Shown here one piece after another: positions 56,301 to 64,000 of a stretch of 64,000 nucleotides of DNA. Position 1 is the first letter of the stretch; every line of letters starts with the position of its first letter. The stretch is taken from IMG/VR virus record IMGVR_UViG_3300021440_000001. One strand, 5' to 3'. Both the position numbers and the translations under genes were made by a program. The DNA comes from a virus. Lineage: Duplodnaviria > Heunggongvirae > Uroviricota > Caudoviricetes. The notes under the pieces were generated by a model. It did not search any database, had not been told where the DNA came from, and was given only the letters and a program-made list of their open reading frames with translations.

Positions 56301-58481
56301 CTGTTGGCGGGTTTCAGCAGCTTCGAGTTCTTCAATAGCTCCCTTAGCCATACCATAAGTCTGCACCTTGTACTCGATAGCCTTCGCCTCTTCTTCAAGC
56401 GTCTTCAGCTTAGAATTGGCTTGATCTTGTCTAGCCTTCTCAATCTTGAGAGTTTCAAGAGTGTGCTCATTTTCTACTTCTATAGCGGCGGTCTTCTTGG
56501 CGATGGCGATCAACTCCTGTTGGTGGGAAATAGCCAGAGTTGTGGCGGCACCGGCCTTTTGTCCTTGCAGCCGTAGCAGATGTTCTTCGAGTTCAATAAC
56601 CTTCTTTTGAGCTGGCCCTACCTTGTCGTAGTCAAGACCGTGAGCTGCAAGGCGCTTGCGAAGTTCATCTTGCTCTTTCAGCTTTGCATTCAGAGCATCC
56701 AGCTCTTCGTTAAATTTTTTGGTAGCAGCCTCTGCTGCCTTCAGGGCCTTCTCATCTACGGGGACCTTCGGGTGGGGGTTTGCATTCCACTTCGTCGGGT
56801 CCATCTTAAGTGTCGTAGTAGCAGTAGAAGTAGCGAGCTTGTCGCCACCCTTCATGAGCTTATCCAGCTCACCATTACCTGCCTTCAAGTCCTTCACCCA
56901 GCTATCAGCAACTTCATGGGCCTTACCGAACGAAGCGATGACGTTTCCGTTGAAGTCCTTCACGCCAGTGGTGATATCACCAATAACACTAGAAGCCGTC
57001 TCAAAGCCTCCGGCTAGTCGGTCAGCGCCTACGGCCTTGGCTCCAGCCGCGAGGCCGCTGAAGAGCGATTTAATGGCATCGCCGACCATGCCGATTGCAG
57101 ACAGCAGCCATGTGAATGGAGCCACGACCAACTCAGCAACGCTGATACCGATCTTTGCAATAACCCATCCAGCAACCTTCAGGAGATCAATGGCACCAGC
57201 AATGAGCATGCGTACTGTAAACAGCGCAGCTCCAATCAGGCTGAAGCCTTCACCCGCACCAAAAATAGCACCAATCCAGTTACCAAGCATTCCGCCGATA
57301 TTCCAGATGTCCTTTCCAAGACCGACAATCTGGTCCCAGATTTCTCCGATGGTGTTCTTGTTCTCTTGCGCCCAGCGCATGACGCTGATGAATGCATCAC
57401 CGAGGCCCCGGGCCACGGCGGGGATCATTTCTTCTATTACACGGAGAGACTTCGAGAGTTCTTGATTGAACCCCGTGTCTTGCCCCATTTCACCGATAGC
57501 CTTTGTCCACGCATTTTTGATTCGTCGCACACCCCCTTCAAATGTCAGCGGCATCTTGTCAAACTGTTCGCGCCACTGTGGAAGGTTTTGTTCGATAGCC
57601 TTACCAACAATCTCCATAGAGAGTTTGCCAGTAGAGCCCATCTTCTTCAGCTCTGCTGTACTCTTCCCCGTGTACTTTTCAAGGGCGCGCATGAGCACCG
57701 AGCCGTTTTCGGCCACAGCATTAAATTCCGCACCATTGAGCACGCCAGAGCTGAATGACTGAGACAGCTGGAGCATCACTGAAGATGCTTCCGCGCCGTT
57801 TGCGCCGCCGAGTTGAAGTGCTGTAGCAATGCCTTCAACCATCTTTCGCGCATATTCCGAGTCCTTACCCATTCGCTGCATAGACGGCGCGAGGCGGGTA
57901 TACAACTTCACAGAGTCTTCAAGCGGAACTCGCAGACGTTGAGAAAGGGCATACATTTGAGACTGAGCAACCTTTGCATTGTTCATGCTTCCAGTTGCGT
58001 TTTCGAGTCGAGCTGTCATCATCTGCCACGAATCGGCTTGCTTGACAATACTCCCAGCAAAATTGAGCGCGGTGTAGACTGAGAAAGCTGTCGTCATCGC
58101 CGTGATTGTGCTGGTCATCACAGTGTTAGACGATGAATGACGAGCTACAGCACTTGCAGATTTGTTTGTTGCAGTTGTGGCAGTGCCGATGTCGTTGACC
58201 AACTGCTGTAGCGTCTTCGCAGTCGCTGTGGCGTTTTGGTTAATTGACGCCAAGGCCGTGCCTAGGCCAGCAAGAGATTGCGACCATGCAGCCATTGTCG
58301 CAGAGGTGTTAGTACCAAGCAAGCTAGTCAATGACGACGTAAGCCTGATAACATTCTTTTCCGCTTTATCGGCAGCCCCAGCCAGCCCGCCCTGACCATT
58401 ACGGCCGGCCAAGGCCTCTGTGGCCTCTGTAATACCTGTTGACTCAACTACGACGCCAAGACGAGATACGTCCATTGTCAT
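53304..58481 (-). CDS. tail tape measure protein, 1725 aa
   Basis: very long Ala/Gly/Leu-rich coiled-coil-type protein directly after the G/GT chaperones. Confidence 0.8.
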   Translation of the reverse strand: MTMDVSRLGVVVESTGITEATEALAGRNGQGGLAGAADKAEKNVIRLTSSLTSLLGTNTSATMAAWSQSLAGLGTALASINQNATATAKTLQQLVNDIGTATTATNKSASAVARHSSSNTVMTSTITAMTTAFSVYTALNFAGSIVKQADSWQMMTARLENATGSMNNAKVAQSQMYALSQRLRVPLEDSVKLYTRLAPSMQRMGKDSEYARKMVEGIATALQLGGANGAEASSVMLQLSQSFSSGVLNGAEFNAVAENGSVLMRALEKYTGKSTAELKKMGSTGKLSMEIVGKAIEQNLPQWREQFDKMPLTFEGGVRRIKNAWTKAIGEMGQDTGFNQELSKSLRVIEEMIPAVARGLGDAFISVMRWAQENKNTIGEIWDQIVGLGKDIWNIGGMLGNWIGAIFGAGEGFSLIGAALFTVRMLIAGAIDLLKVAGWVIAKIGISVAELVVAPFTWLLSAIGMVGDAIKSLFSGLAAGAKAVGADRLAGGFETASSVIGDITTGVKDFNGNVIASFGKAHEVADSWVKDLKAGNGELDKLMKGGDKLATSTATTTLKMDPTKWNANPHPKVPVDEKALKAAEAATKKFNEELDALNAKLKEQDELRKRLAAHGLDYDKVGPAQKKVIELEEHLLRLQGQKAGAATTLAISHQQELIAIAKKTAAIEVENEHTLETLKIEKARQDQANSKLKTLEEEAKAIEYKVQTYGMAKGAIEELEAAETRQQIAAMLNAGPLSQAEQKLVETLQAQLTMRERIAAAAGTLGSLQVEAEFNKLLDPKRAEKFGDALANGMGKGLKAVGALMNAFDKYEARMSTVKKAWELVNNETDPTKKAKMTKEAAEFEAEARIKSYGDMAGAAKGYFAEGSRGYKALEAAEKTFRAFEIAMAVKSFVEKSGLLEAFTTLFVTSKATETAAEEGSVGPHLLAEAAKQGANAITALTSALAAPFPENIPAFAMVAAMLAAIGVAVSGGGGGSVDQGNTGTGTVFGSPGAASKSIENSISALEAVDTTTMRYSAQMAASLRSIDASMGGLANLVARGAGIDLGQAGIDVGFERSVIGNAIAGVGDFLASMGDMLSGMVGTKIAGLFGTNTSVKGQGLYGGAQNLDSILSRGYNAQVYADIEKKNKVFGITTSTSNSTAYGQAGAETSDQFTKIFRGFNDAVSGAGESLGTPLSDIEARLRGFVVDIGKIKLDGLSAEQIKETLGAVFSAAGDRIAKAAIPGLEEFQKVGKGYLETLIRVAAGVEAAKFQLENLGIAAVDFSSIINKQGDVATEIVRQSLVKQESELRDFTTNIFGHVLEFQNQVANGIGEIINDFSGSVEDMVALYKDLVSARDKLNAVGLGSDLDRDLIRAAGGLQRLISALDAYSEGFFSEAERNASKLSKLRIEFEKLGVEMPITRVGFRSLIDQLNASGSEGEALAIKVLTLSGAFAELATAADAAVSTARDNLRTAYDKEAESITNLRDKFLDFSKSLGDFKSSLITGDMSPLSGTEKYLTGLARYDEVSKRAKAGDQTAISNFESVATEFLKMSRSMFASGNQYTVDFNRVLAETTALEASTAGRATVQQQSLDALNKQVNGLITINESILTVAQAIEKLRTVVGMGVVASTINGSHANGLSYVPFDGYVAELHQGEAVLTASENKAYQMDYAQYGRKSDEALVSEIKALRQEVQSLREGQREQTGQLIAANYDAQERNAQAVVEGTMDAVGANSYAERAKVTLS

Positions 58482-58945
58482 GCTAGCTCCTTAGACTCGT
58501 TATCGTCTTCTGCCCGCTTGCGATTGAATCCTCGCAGGACAGCCAGAATCTTGTTTTCAACCGCACTGCGGTCGATTTCCTCTTCATCTTCGACGTGACG
58601 GAACGGCGCCGGGCGATCTTTTGCAGTAGCTTGTGATAGCTCACCCACATATTCTTCGCTCAGATTCTTGATCGTCAACCTCTCCCACAAGGACAGATCA
58701 AGTTCCGTACATCTAATCCAACTTTCAATTTCAGACCATGAAAGTGGAACTGGCCCCATGCCATTGGATGACATGAGGCCAGCTTCATGCAGCAGACCAA
58801 CTAGGTATCCAGCCGCGTGTTCTTGTTCTATCTCGGGAAGCCTAAGCGACGGATGATTTTCATCCACCGACTTGAACGTAGCAAGGCGTGGCTTCTTTGA
58901 ACCTTCAGGCGTAGCATGCAGCCAGCCGAGCTGGCGTACATACAA
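58478..58945 (-). CDS. tail assembly chaperone T-segment (expressed as G-T fusion via -1 frameshift)
   Basis: in the -1 frame relative to G, open from the slippery site; no independent ATG (track start is a TTG). Confidence 0.55.
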   Translation of the reverse strand: MYVRQLGWLHATPEGSKKPRLATFKSVDENHPSLRLPEIEQEHAAGYLVGLLHEAGLMSSNGMGPVPLSWSEIESWIRCTELDLSLWERLTIKNLSEEYVGELSQATAKDRPAPFRHVEDEEEIDRSAVENKILAVLRGFNRKRAEDDNESKELA

Positions 58946-58959
58946 CGAGAGTGACTTGC

Positions 58960-59436
58960 TTACTGCGCCAAAAAATTTGACGTATCTCCTAGGGCTTCGT
59001 CAACTTGGTCCTTGATCCACGAGAGCTTCGGGTCCGAGAATACGGTACGGAATCCCGACTCGTCCTTCACAGCGCTTCCACCGATGCCGAGGTTCTGCGC
59101 CCCTGCGACACAAGCCACCAAGAGTTCGATGCCCTCTTCGCGCATCACTTCTGCCGAAACTTTTTCCTTCTTCGCGGTGCGCTTCAGTTGCCGGTTTTGC
59201 ATGGCAGTAACAGCGTTGCGGTATTGCTTCGAGCTAGTGCCGTATAGAGTGATTGTCACAGGCTTCTGCTTCCCTTCTCCGTCAGCGAACAGAGGCTCGC
59301 CCGAAACAGGGTGGCGCAGTTGCAGGTCGAAGGTGTCCTTGAGAGCCAGAGTGGTCAGATCAAACATTATAGTTCCTTTCAGTTGTGGTAAGATGACATC
59401 GTTCTCATCAATGAGAATCTTGTTGAGCCTTTGCAA
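58960..59436 (-). CDS. tail assembly chaperone G
   Basis: 158 aa between the major tail protein and the tape measure. Confidence 0.55.
   Translation of the reverse strand: MQRLNKILIDENDVILPQLKGTIMFDLTTLALKDTFDLQLRHPVSGEPLFADGEGKQKPVTITLYGTSSKQYRNAVTAMQNRQLKRTAKKEKVSAEVMREEGIELLVACVAGAQNLGIGGSAVKDESGFRTVFSDPKLSWIKDQVDEALGDTSNFLAQ
58969..58978 (-). promoter_or_regulatory. -1 programmed frameshift slippery sequence A_AAT_TTT_TTG at the 3' end of the G gene
   Basis: heptamers A AAT TTT and T TTT TTG both fit X XXY YYZ in the G frame; the -1 frame is continuous with the T ORF. Confidence 0.55.
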
Positions 59437-59484
59437 TGCACTATCTGAAGTACATTGAAAAGGCCCCGAAGGGCCTTCAATCGA

Positions 59485-59922
59485 TTAGACTTCGATGATA
59501 TCGGTAGTCACTTCGAGAGTCGTTGTTGCGCCCGTAATCTGGTCAACAGAGCCGACGTTGGTCTTGTAGCTCATCACCACGCCAGTGAAATAGAGCTTCT
59601 TACCGTTCTGGAGCGTAAGGCGGAACGTGTAAGCAGTGTCAACGCCAAGCGCAGTTTGCAGAGCGGTTTGCCCGGCATCAGTCGTGTCACGACCCATCTG
59701 CACTTGCAGGGAGCCGTTGTTGTACGACCCCTTGAACTTCTGCACGCGACGGTTGCCGAGCGGAGTGTGATTCACAAGGTTGTATTCACGTCCAACTTCG
59801 CCGAGGTCAGTAACTTCACCGACCAGGGTATATGTGAGAGCGTTGTAGCCAGTAGCGTCAAACGTAGCAGGCGCTGAGGCCGAGAGTGCTAGTGTTGAAC
59901 CAGCGGAGGTCATGACAGCCAT
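59485..59922 (-). CDS. major tail tube protein (145 aa)
   Basis: position upstream of G/GT/TMP; beta-rich. Confidence 0.55.
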   Translation of the reverse strand: MAVMTSAGSTLALSASAPATFDATGYNALTYTLVGEVTDLGEVGREYNLVNHTPLGNRRVQKFKGSYNNGSLQVQMGRDTTDAGQTALQTALGVDTAYTFRLTLQNGKKLYFTGVVMSYKTNVGSVDQITGATTTLEVTTDIIEV

Positions 59923-59944
59923 GATTTTTCCTTTTCAGAGAAGA

Positions 59945-60301
59945 TTAAACGTACAGGTGAGCCGTTAGGCCGGTTCCACCCGTTACAGTGACTGCACCTG
60001 TTCCGGCAAGAAACGCCCAGATGTCGTCAAGTTCGAGGAGGGTGCTTCCGCTGGCTGGGACAGTTACTGCCTTGCCGCCTGCGGTTGAGATAGTTCCACC
60101 AAACCCGTCTGGGTTGAGCGACACCGGCGCAGTGCCAGTAAGTGTCACAACAACTGGCGAGGCAGTGGTGTTGTACAGAAGCAGAATCTGATCGCTGCCC
60201 TGTTGGAAGGTTAGGGAATCTGATGCTGAAAGGGTTGTACGGGTGACGTTTACAGCGCCATTTGCATCCCTTACGCCGTTTACTTGGGTGATTACAGCCA
60301 T
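59945..60301 (-). CDS. tail-associated protein with Ig-like/beta-rich composition (118 aa)
   Basis: T/V/G-rich; adjacent to the major tail gene. Confidence 0.4.
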   Translation of the reverse strand: MAVITQVNGVRDANGAVNVTRTTLSASDSLTFQQGSDQILLLYNTTASPVVVTLTGTAPVSLNPDGFGGTISTAGGKAVTVPASGSTLLELDDIWAFLAGTGAVTVTGGTGLTAHLYV

Positions 60302-60313
60302 TGGTTTCCTTTG

Positions 60314-60724
60314 TTATACCGACTCGTATCGATACTTAATGAGAACTGGAACGATGACCCAGCCAGAATCGTCAGGAATCGCCCGTTCAATTGAGGGAGT
60401 CTCTTCGACAGATACTACACCAGTCTTCGGCACAATCGGATAAAGATCGACAATGCTCTGTGACAGTGCTTCTACCTGCCTCATCCCGTTGCCTTTCGGT
60501 GCCCAGCAGTTGACTTGAAACAACCCCTTCAAAGTCTTTCGACTTCCAGAGAGTTCGTTGTTAACTGTCAGGTTAGGGATAAGAAAGCACTCCAAAAATA
60601 TAGCCCCGGCTGGCTTAGTGAACGCTATGTTCTGGAACGAAACCGGGATAGGTGTCGGAGTTTGGGAGTTAGCCCAGGTCATCAATCGAGACTCAAGAGC
60701 TGAGCGAATTAGTGCGTTGCTCAT
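60314..60724 (-). CDS. tail terminator / completion protein candidate
   Basis: gene order only. Confidence 0.35.
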   Translation of the reverse strand: MSNALIRSALESRLMTWANSQTPTPIPVSFQNIAFTKPAGAIFLECFLIPNLTVNNELSGSRKTLKGLFQVNCWAPKGNGMRQVEALSQSIVDLYPIVPKTGVVSVEETPSIERAIPDDSGWVIVPVLIKYRYESV

Positions 60725-61149
60725 TTATATTTCGTGGCGATTGCTTGGATTGACAGGGCCACCATACGATACGGACCTACTTGCCCAGACCAGCCATCGG
60801 AAATAGGCCAGCCCAGAACTTCGGCTCTATAGGCGTATGAGAGGTTGTTTGTGAGTGTCAACTTTCCGTCTTTCCCAAAGAATTCCCGTCCACGGAGGGC
60901 GTTGATTCTGTTGAGGCTATCGGCGCCGCTTGGGCTTTTTGAGCTGCTAAGCTCTTCTGAAAAAGAGCCGGACTCCGGATACCACTGGTTAGACAGCCAG
61001 CCGTGGGCGTAGTGCCCAGGATTTGAAGGAGAAGGAGTGAGTTCTACAACTGATGTGAAAAGCTCTTTGGCAATTTGAAAACATTGCCGGTTGATTTTCA
61101 TCAATACTCTCGTATTGTTGGCCCTCACCGAGTCCGCGAATTGTCCCAT
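60721..61149 (-). CDS. head-tail joining protein candidate
   Basis: gene order only. Confidence 0.35.
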   Translation of the reverse strand: MGQFADSVRANNTRVLMKINRQCFQIAKELFTSVVELTPSPSNPGHYAHGWLSNQWYPESGSFSEELSSSKSPSGADSLNRINALRGREFFGKDGKLTLTNNLSYAYRAEVLGWPISDGWSGQVGPYRMVALSIQAIATKYK

Positions 61150-61222
61150 CGCTTCCTTTAGTATTTATGATTGTAGCACGTCGTCCTGATATTGTCAAGA
61201 CTCGCCCAATCCGTTGTTAGAA

Positions 61223-61648
61223 CTACTTCCGCACGTAGAAACTGTACAGAAGTGGATCATTGCCCGTAGGGTTGATTTCCTTTTGGGTAACAATTTTGTA
61301 GCTCACACCACGAATCTCAATGACATCTGTAGCAGGGTCTATTGTGATAGGAGTTAGAGTAGTTCCAACCTTGTGAGGTGGGCGGACAAATACTTCTTTG
61401 TCGCCTGCTTGAACCATCGTACCGTACTTCACACTATAGCCATTACTTTGGAGTGTAAGGTCAGTCAACACCGCCTGAATCTGGTACTCAACAACTGTGG
61501 TAGAAACCTCTCCAAGCTCCGCAGAGTATGTGCTGGCGATGATCTTCCTGTACTTGTTCTCTCCGTTAGATGCCAGCCCGAACTCACCGATTAGGTCGGC
61601 CACTGCATCATCAAAGTCCTGAGAATACACCGTGGACCTCTCTGTCAA
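61223..61648 (-). CDS. head-tail connector/adaptor candidate
   Basis: gene order only. Confidence 0.35.
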   Translation of the reverse strand: MTERSTVYSQDFDDAVADLIGEFGLASNGENKYRKIIASTYSAELGEVSTTVVEYQIQAVLTDLTLQSNGYSVKYGTMVQAGDKEVFVRPPHKVGTTLTPITIDPATDVIEIRGVSYKIVTQKEINPTGNDPLLYSFYVRK

Positions 61649-62015
61649 GCGCGTAACTGTCGTTCCATTGTTTTACAAATGCAATCAATGGATGGTCGCC
61701 AGTCGCGTTCCCCGTATATGGTACAGGTGACGTTGACATCATATTTGGGTTCAAAATAGTCAACTTCAGAAACTCTACATAGTTCTTGAACTGTTCTCCA
61801 GACCAAGTTTCAAGTTGAGAAATTTTCCGGTGAGTTTTTGCAGTCAGCGTGGCAAGAACATATTGCGCACTGAGGCTCGCAGCACGCGGGACGTTACCTT
61901 GACAGTCATCTAGAGCAGACTGTATAACGCTATCCGGCAGAATGGTAATGTCGCGCCAATCCCCAATTCTGAGACGAATCTTCCCAATTGGGGTTGAAGG
62001 ATCAATGACGGGCAT
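61611..62015 (-). CDS. head-tail adaptor candidate
   Basis: gene order only. Confidence 0.35.
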   Translation of the reverse strand: MPVIDPSTPIGKIRLRIGDWRDITILPDSVIQSALDDCQGNVPRAASLSAQYVLATLTAKTHRKISQLETWSGEQFKNYVEFLKLTILNPNMMSTSPVPYTGNATGDHPLIAFVKQWNDSYALDREVHGVFSGL

Positions 62016-62177
62016 AGTGGCTTTCAGTTTAATTGGTTAGTTGTCTAACAGAGGCTATTAGTGCTTGTAGCCCATACAGCGGGGCAATTGCTTCGCTCAT
62101 AAATCCTCCAATAGGCGAGAGGCGACCCCATTGCTTGAGATCGCCTCTTCAGCCAGCTCCCGTAGACTCCTCGGGAG

Positions 62178-64000
62178 TTAGACTACACGGTCAGCTTCAA
62201 TTGCCCCGATGGTGGGCTTAGACTGCCGTCGGCGTCCGATGGCATCAAACATTGGCTGATACCCAAGCGCGTAGCCTGCCATTGATAGCGGACTGACAGG
62301 TGTAGGATACACACTGTCCGACTTAATCCTTAAGGACACAGCAGTACCGTCAACGTCTCCGCCGAGAAGGACAGCTCCGGCGCCGCCAGAGAACATCCCT
62401 GACGCGCAGTTCGTCCACGCATTGTACCCGACGCGGGTTGACGCACCGGCGCGGATTGCGCAATACGCGGAGTTCTTGCCGACGCCGATGACTAGATTGT
62501 TATAGACATCAATGACGTTACCAGTACCCCAGTTGAACACACCGAAACAGTCGGAAGTTTCCCCGCCATTTACAAGGAATGTGTTGTTGTATATGGAGGA
62601 TTGTCGGCTATCAGATGTCCAAGTACCACCGCTACCACTACCAGTGGCGTACCCAGCCTCAACAGCGCGTGACTGTCCTCTACTTGAGACAGATACGACG
62701 TTGTTGTAGAACTGAACTCCAGCAAACAAGTGGATTGCAGTACCCAGGCTAGTACCACTGTATTTGGAGATAAACACGTTGTTGAATACCTCCCCGCTAA
62801 ATCCAGACAAGTACGCAGCAGGAATACACATTAGCGGATCATCTGTTCCTACCTCAACACTGTTGAATGCAATTATATATCCAGTAGAGCGGAGACTACG
62901 TAAGTTAGCATCCATCGTCGATACTTCAGGATTGATAATCAGCCCATGCTTGCGTGCCGTGTACTTTGTGATCCTGTTATACAGGAAGTATAGGCCAGCG
63001 GTGGGTGTATTCCCATTGCCGTTGAGAAGTGATGAGTTAATTTGCGCGCCGTCCCCACGCTCTCGGTTTGGATACACTGTAGTGGCATAGCCCCCGTTAT
63101 AAGAGGCGCAATGGCACATTGATAGGTTTGAACCGATCAGCCAGTAGGCATCATCCCACTGATTGTTTACCCGACAGCCGTACAAACTGTTATTTGCGCC
63201 AGTCAGCTTGATACCGTTTACGTCGAGGCCAGTTTCAGTCCGAGTTGCAACACTAGGGTGAAAGTCAGAAACTACGCAATTAAAGACATGTACACTTGTG
63301 TCTAATGTCGTGTACGTGCTAGGATTTGCAGTATCACAGATTCCCCAGATTGCCCCACACTCGGCTGTATTATCCGCCCCACCTACCCCGTTAACAACAG
63401 GAGAAGATACAGCAATATCTTGGATTGTGATATAGCCGTTGATGCGACTTGTAGTAGAGTATGCTAGTCGAATTCCAAACCGAAGGCCCGTGGCGTTGAT
63501 TAGCGGAGCCGCGCCGGTGCCGTATGAAATTACAGACCGATAGTACGGCGGTACAATGCTGGCGTCACCACTGGCTGGGCGGTCGATATATAGACGGGCG
63601 AAGTTATTGCTGTATTGATCAAATTTTACGCCTCGTGAGAGGGCTACAGCACGTCCAGACTGCAAACCCGTAAGGATTGCGCGTGGGTCAGATTTTGGGT
63701 CCGCTTGTGTGCCGACACCTGCATTGTTTCCCTGAACGCCAGCAACGGTTGACGATGAAATACATGTAATGTTGAACAGTCTCCACGTTACCGTGCCATC
63801 AACAATTTCATAAGTCGCTGGGAGCGTGTGGTAATCGTCTACTGTTGACGTAGGCCATACCGGCTCGGTGTTACCAGTTACTCCCGGTACGACACAGCGC
63901 GCAATTTTATAGCCCGAGCTAGTTCCCCACACGTACCACCCACTCGGTAGCCTAGCTCCGTGCAGGCCGACAGCTTGCTTTGCCTTCCAAGGTCTGACTT
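62178..64000 (-). CDS. right-handed beta-helix (pectin-lyase fold) protein, 5' end outside the window
   Basis: reiterated [FILV]YNN[VTLI] rungs (VYNNLVIG, IYNNTFLVNG, FYNNVVSVS, FNNVFISKY, LYNRITKY); ORF continues to the window edge. Confidence 0.55.
   Translation of the reverse strand, partial: VRPWKAKQAVGLHGARLPSGWYVWGTSSGYKIARCVVPGVTGNTEPVWPTSTVDDYHTLPATYEIVDGTVTWRLFNITCISSSTVAGVQGNNAGVGTQADPKSDPRAILTGLQSGRAVALSRGVKFDQYSNNFARLYIDRPASGDASIVPPYYRSVISYGTGAAPLINATGLRFGIRLAYSTTSRINGYITIQDIAVSSPVVNGVGGADNTAECGAIWGICDTANPSTYTTLDTSVHVFNCVVSDFHPSVATRTETGLDVNGIKLTGANNSLYGCRVNNQWDDAYWLIGSNLSMCHCASYNGGYATTVYPNRERGDGAQINSSLLNGNGNTPTAGLYFLYNRITKYTARKHGLIINPEVSTMDANLRSLRSTGYIIAFNSVEVGTDDPLMCIPAAYLSGFSGEVFNNVFISKYSGTSLGTAIHLFAGVQFYNNVVSVSSRGQSRAVEAGYATGSGSGGTWTSDSRQSSIYNNTFLVNGGETSDCFGVFNWGTGNVIDVYNNLVIGVGKNSAYCAIRAGASTRVGYNAWTNCASGMFSGGAGAVLLGGDVDGTAVSLRIKSDSVYPTPVSPLSMAGYALGYQPMFDAIGRRRQSKPTIGAIEADRVV

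Noticed and set aside
53707-57758. Multiple plus-strand ORFs of 85-285 aa inside the tape-measure region
   Set aside because: All are antisense or shadow frames of the 1725-aa minus-strand ORF. They are Ser/Ala/Pro-rich low-complexity translations.

Overview
This window reads as a 64-kb stretch of a tailed dsDNA phage genome. It has four parts. (1) Positions 1-4400 hold a plus-strand run of small early genes that ends with an HNH-AP2 homing endonuclease and a terminator. (2) Positions 4660-11700 hold a small serine recombinase, a hairpin-dense GC-rich spacer carrying GGCGCC-TAG-GGCGCC palindromes, and a minus-strand cassette of about 10 small genes. Each cassette gene has its own reiterated sigma70-like promoter/leader and GNRA/UUCG-loop hairpin. 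The cassette is followed by a perfectly periodic 16-bp CTTATATAAG palindrome array (9 copies), a G-tract, a (TA)n tract and two plus-strand promoters. (3) Positions 11700-44900 hold a T7-like replication and nucleotide-metabolism module. It contains ATP-dependent DNA ligase, ThyX, a gp4-like primase-helicase, a family A DNA polymerase split by a group I intron, gp2.5-like SSB, a gp6-like 5'-3' exonuclease, dNMP kinase, class I RNR nrdA split by two group I introns, nrdB and a glutaredoxin. The module is colonised by at least 10 HNH homing-endonuclease genes of three families, plus three decayed remnants. It also carries an adjacent PRPP-synthetase-like / NAMPT-like gene pair, a tRNA-like gene with a 7-bp internal duplication, and a sharply GC-rich island encoding a DHH phosphoesterase. 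(4) Positions 44900-64000 hold a siphovirus-type tail/lysis module on the minus strand. It contains holin-like genes, tail fibers, a 1378-aa central fiber, a Dit-like protein, a 1725-aa tape measure, G/GT chaperones with an apparent -1 slippery site, a major tail protein, head-tail joining proteins and a beta-helix protein truncated at the window edge. Many long ORFs in the six-frame track are antisense artefacts of these genes. All functional calls are by eye from motifs, with no database search.
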